Shown here piece after piece: positions 1 through 6,893 of a DNA stretch of 59,780 bases (its first letter is position 1; every line of letters begins with the position of its first letter). The translations under genes were made by a program, and so were the position numbers. The notes below the pieces were generated by a model. The model had not been told where the DNA came from. It searched no databases and saw only the letters and a list, made by a program, of their open reading frames with translations. The stretch is from positions 1-59,780 of the IMG/VR virus record IMGVR_UViG_3300025084_000023; one strand, given 5' to 3'. Source of the stretch: a virus (lineage: Duplodnaviria; Caudoviricetes).

Positions 1-185
1 AGTCTGAGTCTGAGTCTGCATCTACCACGCTAATGACATTCAGCGCTAAAGCAGAGGCATTAGAGTCTGAGAAGGGCGCTAGTCTTCGTTTGTTGTCTGA
101 TGGTAAGATAGAAGGAGTTAATGCTCGCTCTATTGAAGCACTAGAGATGCTATTAGCTAAAGCTAAAGAGCAGTTGAATGCGTAA
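1..185 (+). CDS. 3' fragment of the first early protein (full copy 58567-59148)
   Basis: Same frame and C-terminus (...LLAKAKEQLNA*) as 58567-59148. Confidence 0.85.
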   Translation, partial: SESESASTTLMTFSAKAEALESEKGASLRLLSDGKIEGVNARSIEALEMLLAKAKEQLNA

Positions 186-249
186 GGTTAACTGATGAGA
201 CTTTAATAGTCGAAACGTGAGTCTGTTCCAACAGACTTGCGTCTTAACC
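186..249 (+). ncRNA. Hammerhead ribozyme, type I (HHR1); predicted cleavage after GUC243
   Basis: Stem I GGUUAA/UUAACC, core CUGAUGA, stem II GACU-uuaau-AGUC, GAAA, stem III CGUGAGUCUGU-ucca-ACAGACUUGCG, then UC; all invariant core bases present. Confidence 0.93.
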
Positions 250-265
250 AAATAAACCAAACACT

Positions 266-1222
266 ATGAATGCACAAATTACTTACACTACAGAGGGAAA
301 CGATGACAGAGGTCGTATGTTATCCTATGGATGGGCAAAGCGCAATGGCTTACCTTATCGGTTTTTCGACAAAACACCATTCCAACATGACATCAAGCAT
401 TTACCACATAATGAGTTAAACTTAACCACCAATGTTACTGATGATGGAGAGATTGAGGCAAAGTTTACTATTGGCTTTGAGGTTGAAAAAAACCAATTCC
501 ACAGAAATGCAGTTAAGGAATATCCGTTATTCTCGCACTTTGAGACAGATGGTTCTTGTGGTGTTGAAGCCATCACAAACGTACTTCCGTTGATTGGTCG
601 TTCGGTGTGGAGAAACAAGGTATTGTCTATGTTCAGTGAGGCTAAGCATATCGTTGATGACCAATTCTCTCCATCGAACATTGATTGTGGAGGTCACATT
701 AACCTAGCCGTTAAAGGTGTGAGTGGCTCTGAGTTAGCTGATGCACTTAGACCATTCAGTGGAATTATATACGCTCTGTATCGTTTCAGATTAAAACGCT
801 CTTGGTGTCAAGCTAACATCTTTATGGATGTAGATGAGTGCGATTGGGAGGGTTTGAGAAACCACGAGAAATATCAAGTTTGTCGCATTGAAAATAATAG
901 GGTTGAGTTTAGATTGCCTAGCAGAATCAAGTCTGTGACTGACTTAAACCTACGCTACCGATTGATGTACGAGATTGTTAACTATGCCATCAATAAGCCA
1001 AACGGCACGCACAGAGGTCTTTTGAGTAAGCTAAAGCCAATCCTTATGATGATGTACAACAACAATGCTGACAAGGTATCTGAGGTTATGGAGTTATCAA
1101 AGCACTTCAGAAAGATGCTTATGACTCGAAAGATAAACCACGCAGTTCAACCATTCGTTGACCAATACGGGAGACTGAGTAGTCTGTATACACGAAGTCT
1201 TAGAGCAGATAGTCTAAGATGA
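266..1222 (+). CDS. Putative amidoligase (COOH-NH2 ligase, glutamine-synthetase fold)
   Basis: Motifs IGFEVE, DGSCGVE, CGGHIN, VEFRL typical of phage amidoligases; partner GATase/GGCT gene at 5385. Confidence 0.8.
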   Translation: MNAQITYTTEGNDDRGRMLSYGWAKRNGLPYRFFDKTPFQHDIKHLPHNELNLTTNVTDDGEIEAKFTIGFEVEKNQFHRNAVKEYPLFSHFETDGSCGVEAITNVLPLIGRSVWRNKVLSMFSEAKHIVDDQFSPSNIDCGGHINLAVKGVSGSELADALRPFSGIIYALYRFRLKRSWCQANIFMDVDECDWEGLRNHEKYQVCRIENNRVEFRLPSRIKSVTDLNLRYRLMYEIVNYAINKPNGTHRGLLSKLKPILMMMYNNNADKVSEVMELSKHFRKMLMTRKINHAVQPFVDQYGRLSSLYTRSLRADSLR

Positions 1223-1227
1223 TGATT

Positions 1228-1253
1228 GGGGAGTCTGTTCCAACAGACTTCCC
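1228..1253 (+). repeat. 18-bp palindrome copy extended to a GC-clamped hairpin
   Basis: GGGG-AGTCTGTTCCAACAGACT-TCCC directly after the amidoligase stop codon. Confidence 0.9.
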
Positions 1254-1255
1254 TA

Positions 1256-1306
1256 TCCGTCCACAAGTGAGTGCTTGTGCTGATGAGACCAAAAGGTCGA
1301 AACGGA
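1256..1306 (+). ncRNA. Hammerhead ribozyme, type III (HHR2); predicted cleavage after GUC1261
   Basis: UCCGUC^, stem I CACAAG-ugagug-CUUGUG, CUGAUGA, stem II GACC-aaaa-GGUC, GAAA, CGGA closing stem III. Confidence 0.93.
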
Positions 1307-1332
1307 AACCTTAATTTAATACCAAACAGATT

Positions 1333-1503
1333 ATGATTACCACAAAACACAGAATTACATACGCTAGATGCATTGACTCGGGGATGAGCAGCGCGTTACA
1401 GATAGCTACTATCTTTAAGATGGTGTATGATATCACAGATGCAGAAGCATTAAAGCTAACGAAGTCTTGTGCTGAGTACTACAATGAAACACTAACTAAA
1501 TAA
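1333..1503 (+). CDS. Small hypothetical protein (56 aa, MITTKHRITY...)
   Basis: ORF read manually; ATG after an A-rich leader, fills the gap downstream of HHR2. Confidence 0.6.
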   Translation: MITTKHRITYARCIDSGMSSALQIATIFKMVYDITDAEALKLTKSCAEYYNETLTK

Positions 1504-1512
1504 GTAGAAATT

Positions 1513-1662
1513 ATGAGCAAATTTACCTTAACAATGATAGGTGTATTAGCTAGCATTCTAACGATTGCAGTGTACACGATGTCCAATTGCCTAGAGATTA
1601 AACTTCTAATCACGCTAATGGACTTACCGATTATTCTATTGATTACAAACGAGTTAAACTAA
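1513..1662 (+). CDS. Small membrane protein (49 aa, MSKFTLTMIGVLASILTIAV...)
   Basis: ORF read manually; two hydrophobic stretches; tightly packed. Confidence 0.6.
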   Translation: MSKFTLTMIGVLASILTIAVYTMSNCLEIKLLITLMDLPIILLITNELN

Positions 1663-1667
1663 AAGTT

Positions 1668-1892
1668 ATGATAAAAGTATATTTTGAGAGCAATTCTCAC
1701 GCAGAGTTAGTCGCTACATTTGAGAGCGAGGAGTTGTATATAGCTAGTCTTCCTGCATTGGAGAAGAAAGCTAAAGAGCAGGGGATGATAGTCACAGAGG
1801 TTGACGAAGAACAAGAATGGGAGACTGAGTGCGAGCATAAGCAAGAGGTTGACTTAGGCATACACGATGATTATCTAGATAGATGTAACTAA
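1668..1892 (+). CDS. Hypothetical acidic protein
   Basis: ORF track; operon packing. Confidence 0.7.
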   Translation: MIKVYFESNSHAELVATFESEELYIASLPALEKKAKEQGMIVTEVDEEQEWETECEHKQEVDLGIHDDYLDRCN

Positions 1893-1904
1893 AACTTAGA
1901 GACA

Positions 1905-2060
1905 ATGAAACCAAAAGCATTTGTAATCGAGGGCAAGTTAGTAAGACTTGACGAGGATGGAAAGTTCTACCGATTAAATGGAGTCGGCAAGTGGAACGAG
2001 ATTAAACCAAAAGATTTGTATAACCTAATAACACAGACAGATGAAAAAGAGATTGATTAA
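1905..2060 (+). CDS. Small hypothetical protein (51 aa, MKPKAFVIEG...)
   Basis: ORF read manually; overlaps the start of the next gene. Confidence 0.55.
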   Translation: MKPKAFVIEGKLVRLDEDGKFYRLNGVGKWNEIKPKDLYNLITQTDEKEID

Positions 2061-2415
2061 CTTAGTAATAGATGCGTGTTATCGCATAGACAAGAAACGT
2101 GGTAAGTTAAACCATTATGAGGGCGAGACTGCACCATATTGTGGGCATCACTATAATGGAACAGATGGCGTCTTGTATAGTTCACATTATCACGAGGGCG
2201 ATGGTGGAGAGCGCGCTAACATACTTGGATTCAGATTCGGTAGAGATACAGATGATGAGTATTGGTGGGAGTTTAGATACAAACTGACTCGAGCGATATA
2301 TTTAAACGGGCAGTTCATTGCGAGAAATAACTACACCACATTCCTAAATGAATTGAAGGCTTTACACCATCACTACAAGCACGGTTTCAAAGTGAAGTAC
2401 GAGTGGAAAGATTAA
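2041..2415 (+). CDS. Hypothetical protein
   Basis: ORF track; stop codon abuts HHR3. Confidence 0.7.
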   Translation: MKKRLINLVIDACYRIDKKRGKLNHYEGETAPYCGHHYNGTDGVLYSSHYHEGDGGERANILGFRFGRDTDDEYWWEFRYKLTRAIYLNGQFIARNNYTTFLNELKALHHHYKHGFKVKYEWKD

Positions 2416-2416
2416 A

Positions 2417-2480
2417 GGTTAACTGATGAGGATTGAATATCCGAAACATAAGTCTGTTCAAACAGACTTGTGTCTTAACC
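2417..2480 (+). ncRNA. Hammerhead ribozyme, type I (HHR3); predicted cleavage after GUC2474
   Basis: GGUUAA CUGAUGA GGAU-ugaau-AUCC GAAA CAUAAGUCUGU-ucaa-ACAGACUUGUG UC UUAACC; compensatory changes relative to HHR1. Confidence 0.93.
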
Positions 2481-2570
2481 AAATATATCTCATTGCCCAT
2501 TTGGGGTTAAAAATGCCCATTTGGGGCAATGGAATGTTAACTATCTAATAATCAGAAAGTTAAAAATAAA

Positions 2571-2602
2571 TTTGGTAGTTCGAATTATTATACATATCTT
2601 TG
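2571..2602 (+). promoter_or_regulatory. Bacteroidota sigma-A-type promoter
   Basis: TTTG(2571)-N20-TATCTTTG(2595-2602). Confidence 0.85.
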
Positions 2603-2631
2603 TATAAATTTAGTACAATAAATATTAACCG

Positions 2632-2649
2632 AGTCTGTTCGAACAGACT
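2632..2649. repeat. 18-bp palindrome copy in 5' leader
   Basis: AGTCTGTTCGAACAGACT. Confidence 0.9.
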
Positions 2650-2667
2650 AATTAAAACCAAAACACA

Positions 2668-2880
2668 ATGAGTATTAGAACAACATTTTATTACGAGAGG
2701 GTAGGCGAAAGCCACGAGGTTATCGGTGCAGTAAAGCACTGCATAAGACCACAATCCACAAAGGTGTGGAAGCAGTTACAGAGAGGTCTTGATACCGACA
2801 AGTACAGACGTATAGGTTGGAGACGCAGTGAAGGTAACACGCAATGGAAAAGTTCAACAAGTATATTAAAAACAAGATAA
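2668..2880 (+). CDS. Hypothetical protein
   Basis: ORF track; first ATG after the promoter. Confidence 0.65.
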   Translation: MSIRTTFYYERVGESHEVIGAVKHCIRPQSTKVWKQLQRGLDTDKYRRIGWRRSEGNTQWKSSTSILKTR

Positions 2881-2882
2881 TT

Positions 2883-3212
2883 ATGAGCGAGTTAAAAAAG
2901 AGTTTTCAGAAAGTAAGATACGTAGGTTGGGAGAGTTCAATGTCTCCTACGATAGAGCGTGAAAAAAAGACAATGCAATACCACGTTGGTTGGGACAAGA
3001 GCAGAGAGAGAGGTTGGTTTGAAATCTACGATGTTGATAGTGGTGGCGATGACTACTACGGAGAAGGTGGGCTTGAGTTCACCGGCAATGTGTTAGATGG
3101 ATACGATGGTGTGTTCTCGTTAGACGATGAGGTTGTTAAGTGCGTCAAGGATTGGGGTGCTGATACAAAGGACATGGAAGAATCTTTAGGTTATGGCTCA
3201 GAAGACAATTAA
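2883..3212 (+). CDS. Hypothetical protein (start adjusted to MSELKK)
   Basis: ORF track 2844-3212; ATG 2883 lies just after the upstream stop. Confidence 0.7.
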   Translation: MSELKKSFQKVRYVGWESSMSPTIEREKKTMQYHVGWDKSRERGWFEIYDVDSGGDDYYGEGGLEFTGNVLDGYDGVFSLDDEVVKCVKDWGADTKDMEESLGYGSEDN

Positions 3213-3393
3213 AGAGGGTGTAGACTACGAGGTTATCGTAAGCTATACGGACGATGGTTTTGGCTTAAACGTGGAGTCGATAGAGTATGTATGTGGGACG
3301 ACGAATCAAGTCGTCCCAATAGATAACTTCCTATATGATTTCCTAGACGTGGGTGCTATCAACGAGATGGAAGATTTAATAAGAAAAGGTTAA
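3193..3393 (+). CDS. Hypothetical protein; stop codon lies within HHR4 stem I
   Basis: ORF track. Confidence 0.65.
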   Translation: MAQKTIKEGVDYEVIVSYTDDGFGLNVESIEYVCGTTNQVVPIDNFLYDFLDVGAINEMEDLIRKG

Positions 3394-3451
3394 CTGATGA
3401 GGGCTTAGTGTCCGAAACTAGAGTCTGTTCGAACAGACTTTAGTCTTAACC
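3388..3451 (+). ncRNA. Hammerhead ribozyme, type I (HHR4); predicted cleavage after GUC3445
   Basis: GGUUAA CUGAUGA GGGC-uuagu-GUCC GAAA CUAGAGUCUGU-ucga-ACAGACUUUAG UC UUAACC. Confidence 0.93.
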
Positions 3452-3468
3452 ATTAAAACTAAATTATT

Positions 3469-3681
3469 ATGGGACAGATGAAAGAATTATTTATCTCAAT
3501 GCAAGAAGGTCTTATGCAAGGGGTAGCAATCACAAACGCTCAGCGTGAGCGTCAGTTAGATAACGAGCATAAGATGAGCGTGTCGGTCGAGGAGTTCAAT
3601 CCCGACAATGAAAAGCACGTAGAGATTATGCAAGAAACACAACAAGCAATGGAGGAAAATAGCTATGGAGAAGACGAATAA
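3469..3681 (+). CDS. Hypothetical protein
   Basis: ORF track; starts 18 nt after HHR4. Confidence 0.7.
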   Translation: MGQMKELFISMQEGLMQGVAITNAQRERQLDNEHKMSVSVEEFNPDNEKHVEIMQETQQAMEENSYGEDE

Positions 3682-3886
3682 AAGGTATAGGGCTGTAATC
3701 AAGTGGCTAGATACGGGCAATATAGATTGGGTTGTTCTCAAGATAGGAGACATTGCCGAGGACGATGATGATATATTTTTCTACCTAGAAAGTGAGAAAG
3801 AGATTGAATCGTTTAAGAAGGAAGGCTCACACGAGTGGGTAATCATTAAAATTAAAGAAGAAAATAGTTATGGAGAAGGACAATAA
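3665..3886 (+). CDS. Hypothetical protein
   Basis: ORF track; overlapping junctions. Confidence 0.7.
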   Translation: MEKTNKRYRAVIKWLDTGNIDWVVLKIGDIAEDDDDIFFYLESEKEIESFKKEGSHEWVIIKIKEENSYGEGQ

Positions 3887-4169
3887 ACTTATAGCAGAAT
3901 TTATGGGGACTGAATGGCACAAAGATTTTTTTAAAGATGTTTGTATAATATCTTCAAGCAATATATCCTATAAATTTCACTCCTCTTGGGATTGGCTTAT
4001 GCCGGTCGTCCAAAAGATAGGCGATGAATATCTTAATACACCATTTGATGAGACGTACTCACACCTTACAGAGCAGTACGAAAACATTTGGACATTAGAA
4101 GATACATATAAAGCAGTAGTAGAATTTATTAAAGACCAAAAAGACAGAAAAGATGGACTTAAGAAGTAA
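3870..4169 (+). CDS. Paralog A of a tandem family (IAEFMG...SWDWLMPV...YKAVVEFIK)
   Basis: Shares three anchor motifs with the next two ORFs. Confidence 0.75.
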   Translation: MEKDNKLIAEFMGTEWHKDFFKDVCIISSSNISYKFHSSWDWLMPVVQKIGDEYLNTPFDETYSHLTEQYENIWTLEDTYKAVVEFIKDQKDRKDGLKK

Positions 4170-4722
4170 AGATGCAATAGAAAGCAGTAAGCAACACGAT
4201 ATTGATATGAGCAACATCCTTATAGCAGAATTTATGGGGTGTACCCATCCTCATAATGAGATTACAGATGCTACCTTATACAATGTTAGTCATGGTACAT
4301 TTGAATTAAGTGAGTTAAGGTATGATGTATCTTGGAATTGGCTTATGCCTGTAATTGAAAAGATAGAGAGTTTAGGGTACGAAGTACAAATAAGAAGTAC
4401 TGACTGTATTATATTCCAACTATTAGATACTCTCGACTACAAACCAATAATAGGTACTATATCAAGTGCAAGTGGTAAAATGTATAGCACTTATATAGCA
4501 GTAGTAGAATTTATTAAAGACCAAAAAGACAGAAAAGATGGACTTAAGAAGTAAAGACGCAATAGAAAGCAGTAAGCAACACGATATTGAAATGAGCAAT
4601 ACCCTTATAGCAGAATTTATGGGGGCTGAATGGCACAAAGATTTTTTTAAAGATGTTTGTATAATCTCTCCAAGCAATATATCATATAAATTTCACACAT
4701 CTTGGGATTGGCTTATGCCGGT
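3888..4722 (+). repeat. Interleaved direct repeats: 3888-4006 ~ 4604-4722 and 4112-4239 ~ 4497-4624
   Basis: Near-identical DNA blocks at offsets 716 and 385. Confidence 0.9.
4153..4554 (+). CDS. Paralog B of the tandem family
   Basis: Same anchor motifs. Confidence 0.75.
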   Translation: MDLRSKDAIESSKQHDIDMSNILIAEFMGCTHPHNEITDATLYNVSHGTFELSELRYDVSWNWLMPVIEKIESLGYEVQIRSTDCIIFQLLDTLDYKPIIGTISSASGKMYSTYIAVVEFIKDQKDRKDGLKK

Positions 4723-4858
4723 GGTTCACAAGTGTTATCAAGAACATACGTGTAGCCAAGAACGTATGAATAGTAATGATGCATATGAAATTAAGACGTG
4801 CGACATAACTAGAGTATATAAAGCAGTAGTAGAATTTATTAAAGAGTATAACAACTAA
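4538..4858 (+). CDS. Paralog C of the tandem family
   Basis: Same anchor motifs. Confidence 0.75.
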   Translation: MDLRSKDAIESSKQHDIEMSNTLIAEFMGAEWHKDFFKDVCIISPSNISYKFHTSWDWLMPVVHKCYQEHTCSQERMNSNDAYEIKTCDITRVYKAVVEFIKEYNN

Positions 4859-4909
4859 TAAATTGAGCCGAATAGAAAGACTAATTGGCTCAGAATTAAA
4901 ACAAGAGAT

Positions 4910-5269
4910 ATGAAAAAGTCAATACAAACACCATTGGGTGTATATACAGATGATGAAGCAGGTATCGAGATGATTGAGTCTTACGCCAACCAAAGAGTTA
5001 TTGATGAATTAGAGAAAGCCTCTCTAATGGATGTAAAACCAATGAAGTATAACGGATGGACAAACAGAGCAACTTGGTTGTTTAACCTTCATTATGGAAA
5101 CAAAATAAATAACGAAACTGATTTCAATAGAGAAAAAAATCAATGCGAAGAAGAACACGAAAACCTAATAAACACTATAGGTACTTGTATGTGGTCTGAC
5201 TTGATTGATATAAGAGAGATAAACTTTATCGAGTTATTTAATAGGATGAGTTCAGATTGGAGTAAGTAA
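4910..5269 (+). CDS. Hypothetical protein
   Basis: ORF track; contains a YNGWTNRATW motif. Confidence 0.7.
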   Translation: MKKSIQTPLGVYTDDEAGIEMIESYANQRVIDELEKASLMDVKPMKYNGWTNRATWLFNLHYGNKINNETDFNREKNQCEEEHENLINTIGTCMWSDLIDIREINFIELFNRMSSDWSK

Positions 5270-5285
5270 AATAAATGTAAATAAA

Positions 5286-5317
5286 TTTGGCAGTGTCTAA
5301 ATTTTGTATTACTTTTG
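5286..5317 (+). promoter_or_regulatory. Bacteroidota sigma-A-type promoter
   Basis: TTTG(5286)-N20-TACTTTTG(5310-5317). Confidence 0.85.
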
Positions 5318-5346
5318 TACAAATCAAATACAATTAATCAGAGGTC

Positions 5347-5364
5347 AGTCTGTTCCAACAGACT
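5347..5364. repeat. 18-bp palindrome copy in 5' leader
   Basis: AGTCTGTTCCAACAGACT. Confidence 0.9.
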
Positions 5365-5384
5365 CCTCACAAATCACAATCACT

Positions 5385-6314
5385 ATGTGTGTAATTATTA
5401 TCAAACAGAAAGAGCAAATGATGTCAAGAGAAATTGCAAAGACATCAGCAAGAATCAATCCTCACGGGTTGGGAATTATTTGGTTAGATACCTACGAGGT
5501 AACATACCACAAATCAAAAGACTATGGAGTTCTACTCACAGATAGACCATTCATTGCTCACTTCCGTTACGCTACGGTTGGTGCAATCAATAGAGAGAAC
5601 ACGCATCCGTTCGTATGTGGAGTTCAGAAGGATGAGTATTTAATGATGAACGGAACAATCAACGGCTTGGGAAACGCACAGATGTGCGACTCAAAGGTTC
5701 TAGCAAATCAGCTAGGTCTTAGACCAAGACATACTTGGAAGCAAGAGATAGAGCAGTTCGATTGTAGATTCGTTACAGTGAATGTGCGCAATCGCTCATT
5801 CCAAATGTACAACAGAGGAGATTGGCATTACAGAGATGGTATATGGTACTCTAAAGCTAACGTACTGCAAGAGAATATTATCGCAGTATACGGAACGCTA
5901 AAGAAAGGTTATAGCAACTACCACAACTACCTAACAACATCTAAGTTTATTGGTAGTGGTGTGACTAAAGACCGGTACCCTCTACTTATTCAAGGCTTAC
6001 CATATATGGTAGAGCAGAAAGGTGTGGGTTATAATGTGCAGGTCGATGTGTTCAAGGTATCAGACGATGTACTAGCAAGACTTGATATGCTAGAAGGTCA
6101 TCCAAAGTGGTATGTTAGAAAGCAAGTACCTATCCACGTTAAAGGTAGGATAGTAAATTGTTGGGTGTATTTCAATCCAAAGACGATAACAAAGGATACT
6201 CAGATGCACAAGACATATGTTCAGCATAGCTATAGAAACTTCTATTCGACTCCAACTACAGAGACGTACACTCCTAGTTTATGGGACGATATGGAAGCTA
6301 TATTAAATTCGTAA
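5385..6314 (+). CDS. Class II glutamine amidotransferase fused to a gamma-glutamylcyclotransferase (AIG2-like) domain
   Basis: Start 5385 gives M-C (Ntn nucleophile Cys); NPHGLG, HFRYAT, NTHPF, NG, DS motifs; C-terminal AVYGTLK...LDMLEG GGCT motifs. Confidence 0.88.
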   Translation: MCVIIIKQKEQMMSREIAKTSARINPHGLGIIWLDTYEVTYHKSKDYGVLLTDRPFIAHFRYATVGAINRENTHPFVCGVQKDEYLMMNGTINGLGNAQMCDSKVLANQLGLRPRHTWKQEIEQFDCRFVTVNVRNRSFQMYNRGDWHYRDGIWYSKANVLQENIIAVYGTLKKGYSNYHNYLTTSKFIGSGVTKDRYPLLIQGLPYMVEQKGVGYNVQVDVFKVSDDVLARLDMLEGHPKWYVRKQVPIHVKGRIVNCWVYFNPKTITKDTQMHKTYVQHSYRNFYSTPTTETYTPSLWDDMEAILNS

Positions 6315-6434
6315 GCGTGGTCAGTTTGGTCTCTCCGATGTCTTGGAGACTGAAGGGTTGCTTGCTTAAGGTTAATAGTCTAGACCACCACCTTTTCTAG
6401 GTTTCATATATAGACAAAAGCAATCAAAGATATT

Positions 6435-6467
6435 AAGAGAGTCTGTTCGAACAGACTCTTTTTTTTT
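6435..6467 (+). terminator. Intrinsic terminator whose stem is the 18-bp palindrome
   Basis: AAGAG-AGTCTGTTCGAACAGACT-CTT followed by a T run. Confidence 0.85.
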
Positions 6468-6477
6468 ACTTAAATAA

Positions 6478-6509
6478 TTTGTTTATGTATAAAATATGTA
6501 CTATATTTG
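6478..6509 (+). promoter_or_regulatory. Bacteroidota sigma-A-type promoter
   Basis: TTTG(6478)-N20-TATATTTG(6502-6509). Confidence 0.85.
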
Positions 6510-6539
6510 TACTATTAATAAACTAAAAATAAACACACA

Positions 6540-6893
6540 ATGAGTATTAAACAGAGTATACTAAATGATATTCGGGCAGAGAAGCTATGCTCTACTCCGG
6601 ATAAGTATCACGTGCAGAGATGCCAAAAGATACTTGACAATCTAGATAAGCTAGACCATCAACAATTCGTAAACACAGGTCATATTATGCCGGTAGACCA
6701 AATGAAAGACAGGTACCCGCACCGTAAGTTACGAGAGGATAGTAAGTCTGTATGCCGGTATGTAGGTGGGTTCTGCATTGAGTTTGTAGGAACTAATAAA
6801 TTCTTTTGGAACTACCACGAGGACGTAGACTTTAAGCACGTTGAGATGACGTTATTTAATCACGTAAAGAGTTTGATTGATGAGCAAGTCTAG
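6540..6893 (+). CDS. Hypothetical protein
   Basis: ORF track; first gene after the promoter. Confidence 0.7.
   Translation: MSIKQSILNDIRAEKLCSTPDKYHVQRCQKILDNLDKLDHQQFVNTGHIMPVDQMKDRYPHRKLREDSKSVCRYVGGFCIEFVGTNKFFWNYHEDVDFKHVEMTLFNHVKSLIDEQV

Larger units (their letters stand above)
1..817 (+). repeat. Terminal direct repeat / circular overlap, copy 1 (imperfect match to 58964-59780)
   Basis: 1-817 aligns without gaps to 58964-59780 (offset 58963) with scattered, mostly synonymous substitutions. Confidence 0.95.

Noticed and set aside
186-3451. Repeated intergenic elements as a CRISPR array or integron attC sites
   Set aside because: Spacing is gene-sized and irregular, I saw no cas or integron-integrase gene, the ends do not fit RYYYAAC…GTTRRRY, and the hammerhead core explains the conservation
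4864-4892. Intergenic hairpin TGAGCCGA…TTGGCTCA
   Set aside because: Single copy, no U-tract and no ribozyme core; function unsupported
5304-5384. N-terminal extension of the GATase ORF in the ORF track
   Set aside because: It overlaps the promoter and hairpin; class II GATases need an N-terminal Cys, which ATG 5385 provides
6315-6400. Possible tRNA-like or structured RNA (GTGGTC…GACCAC-CA)
   Set aside because: No T-loop or anticodon arm could be built; pairing is partial and may be chance
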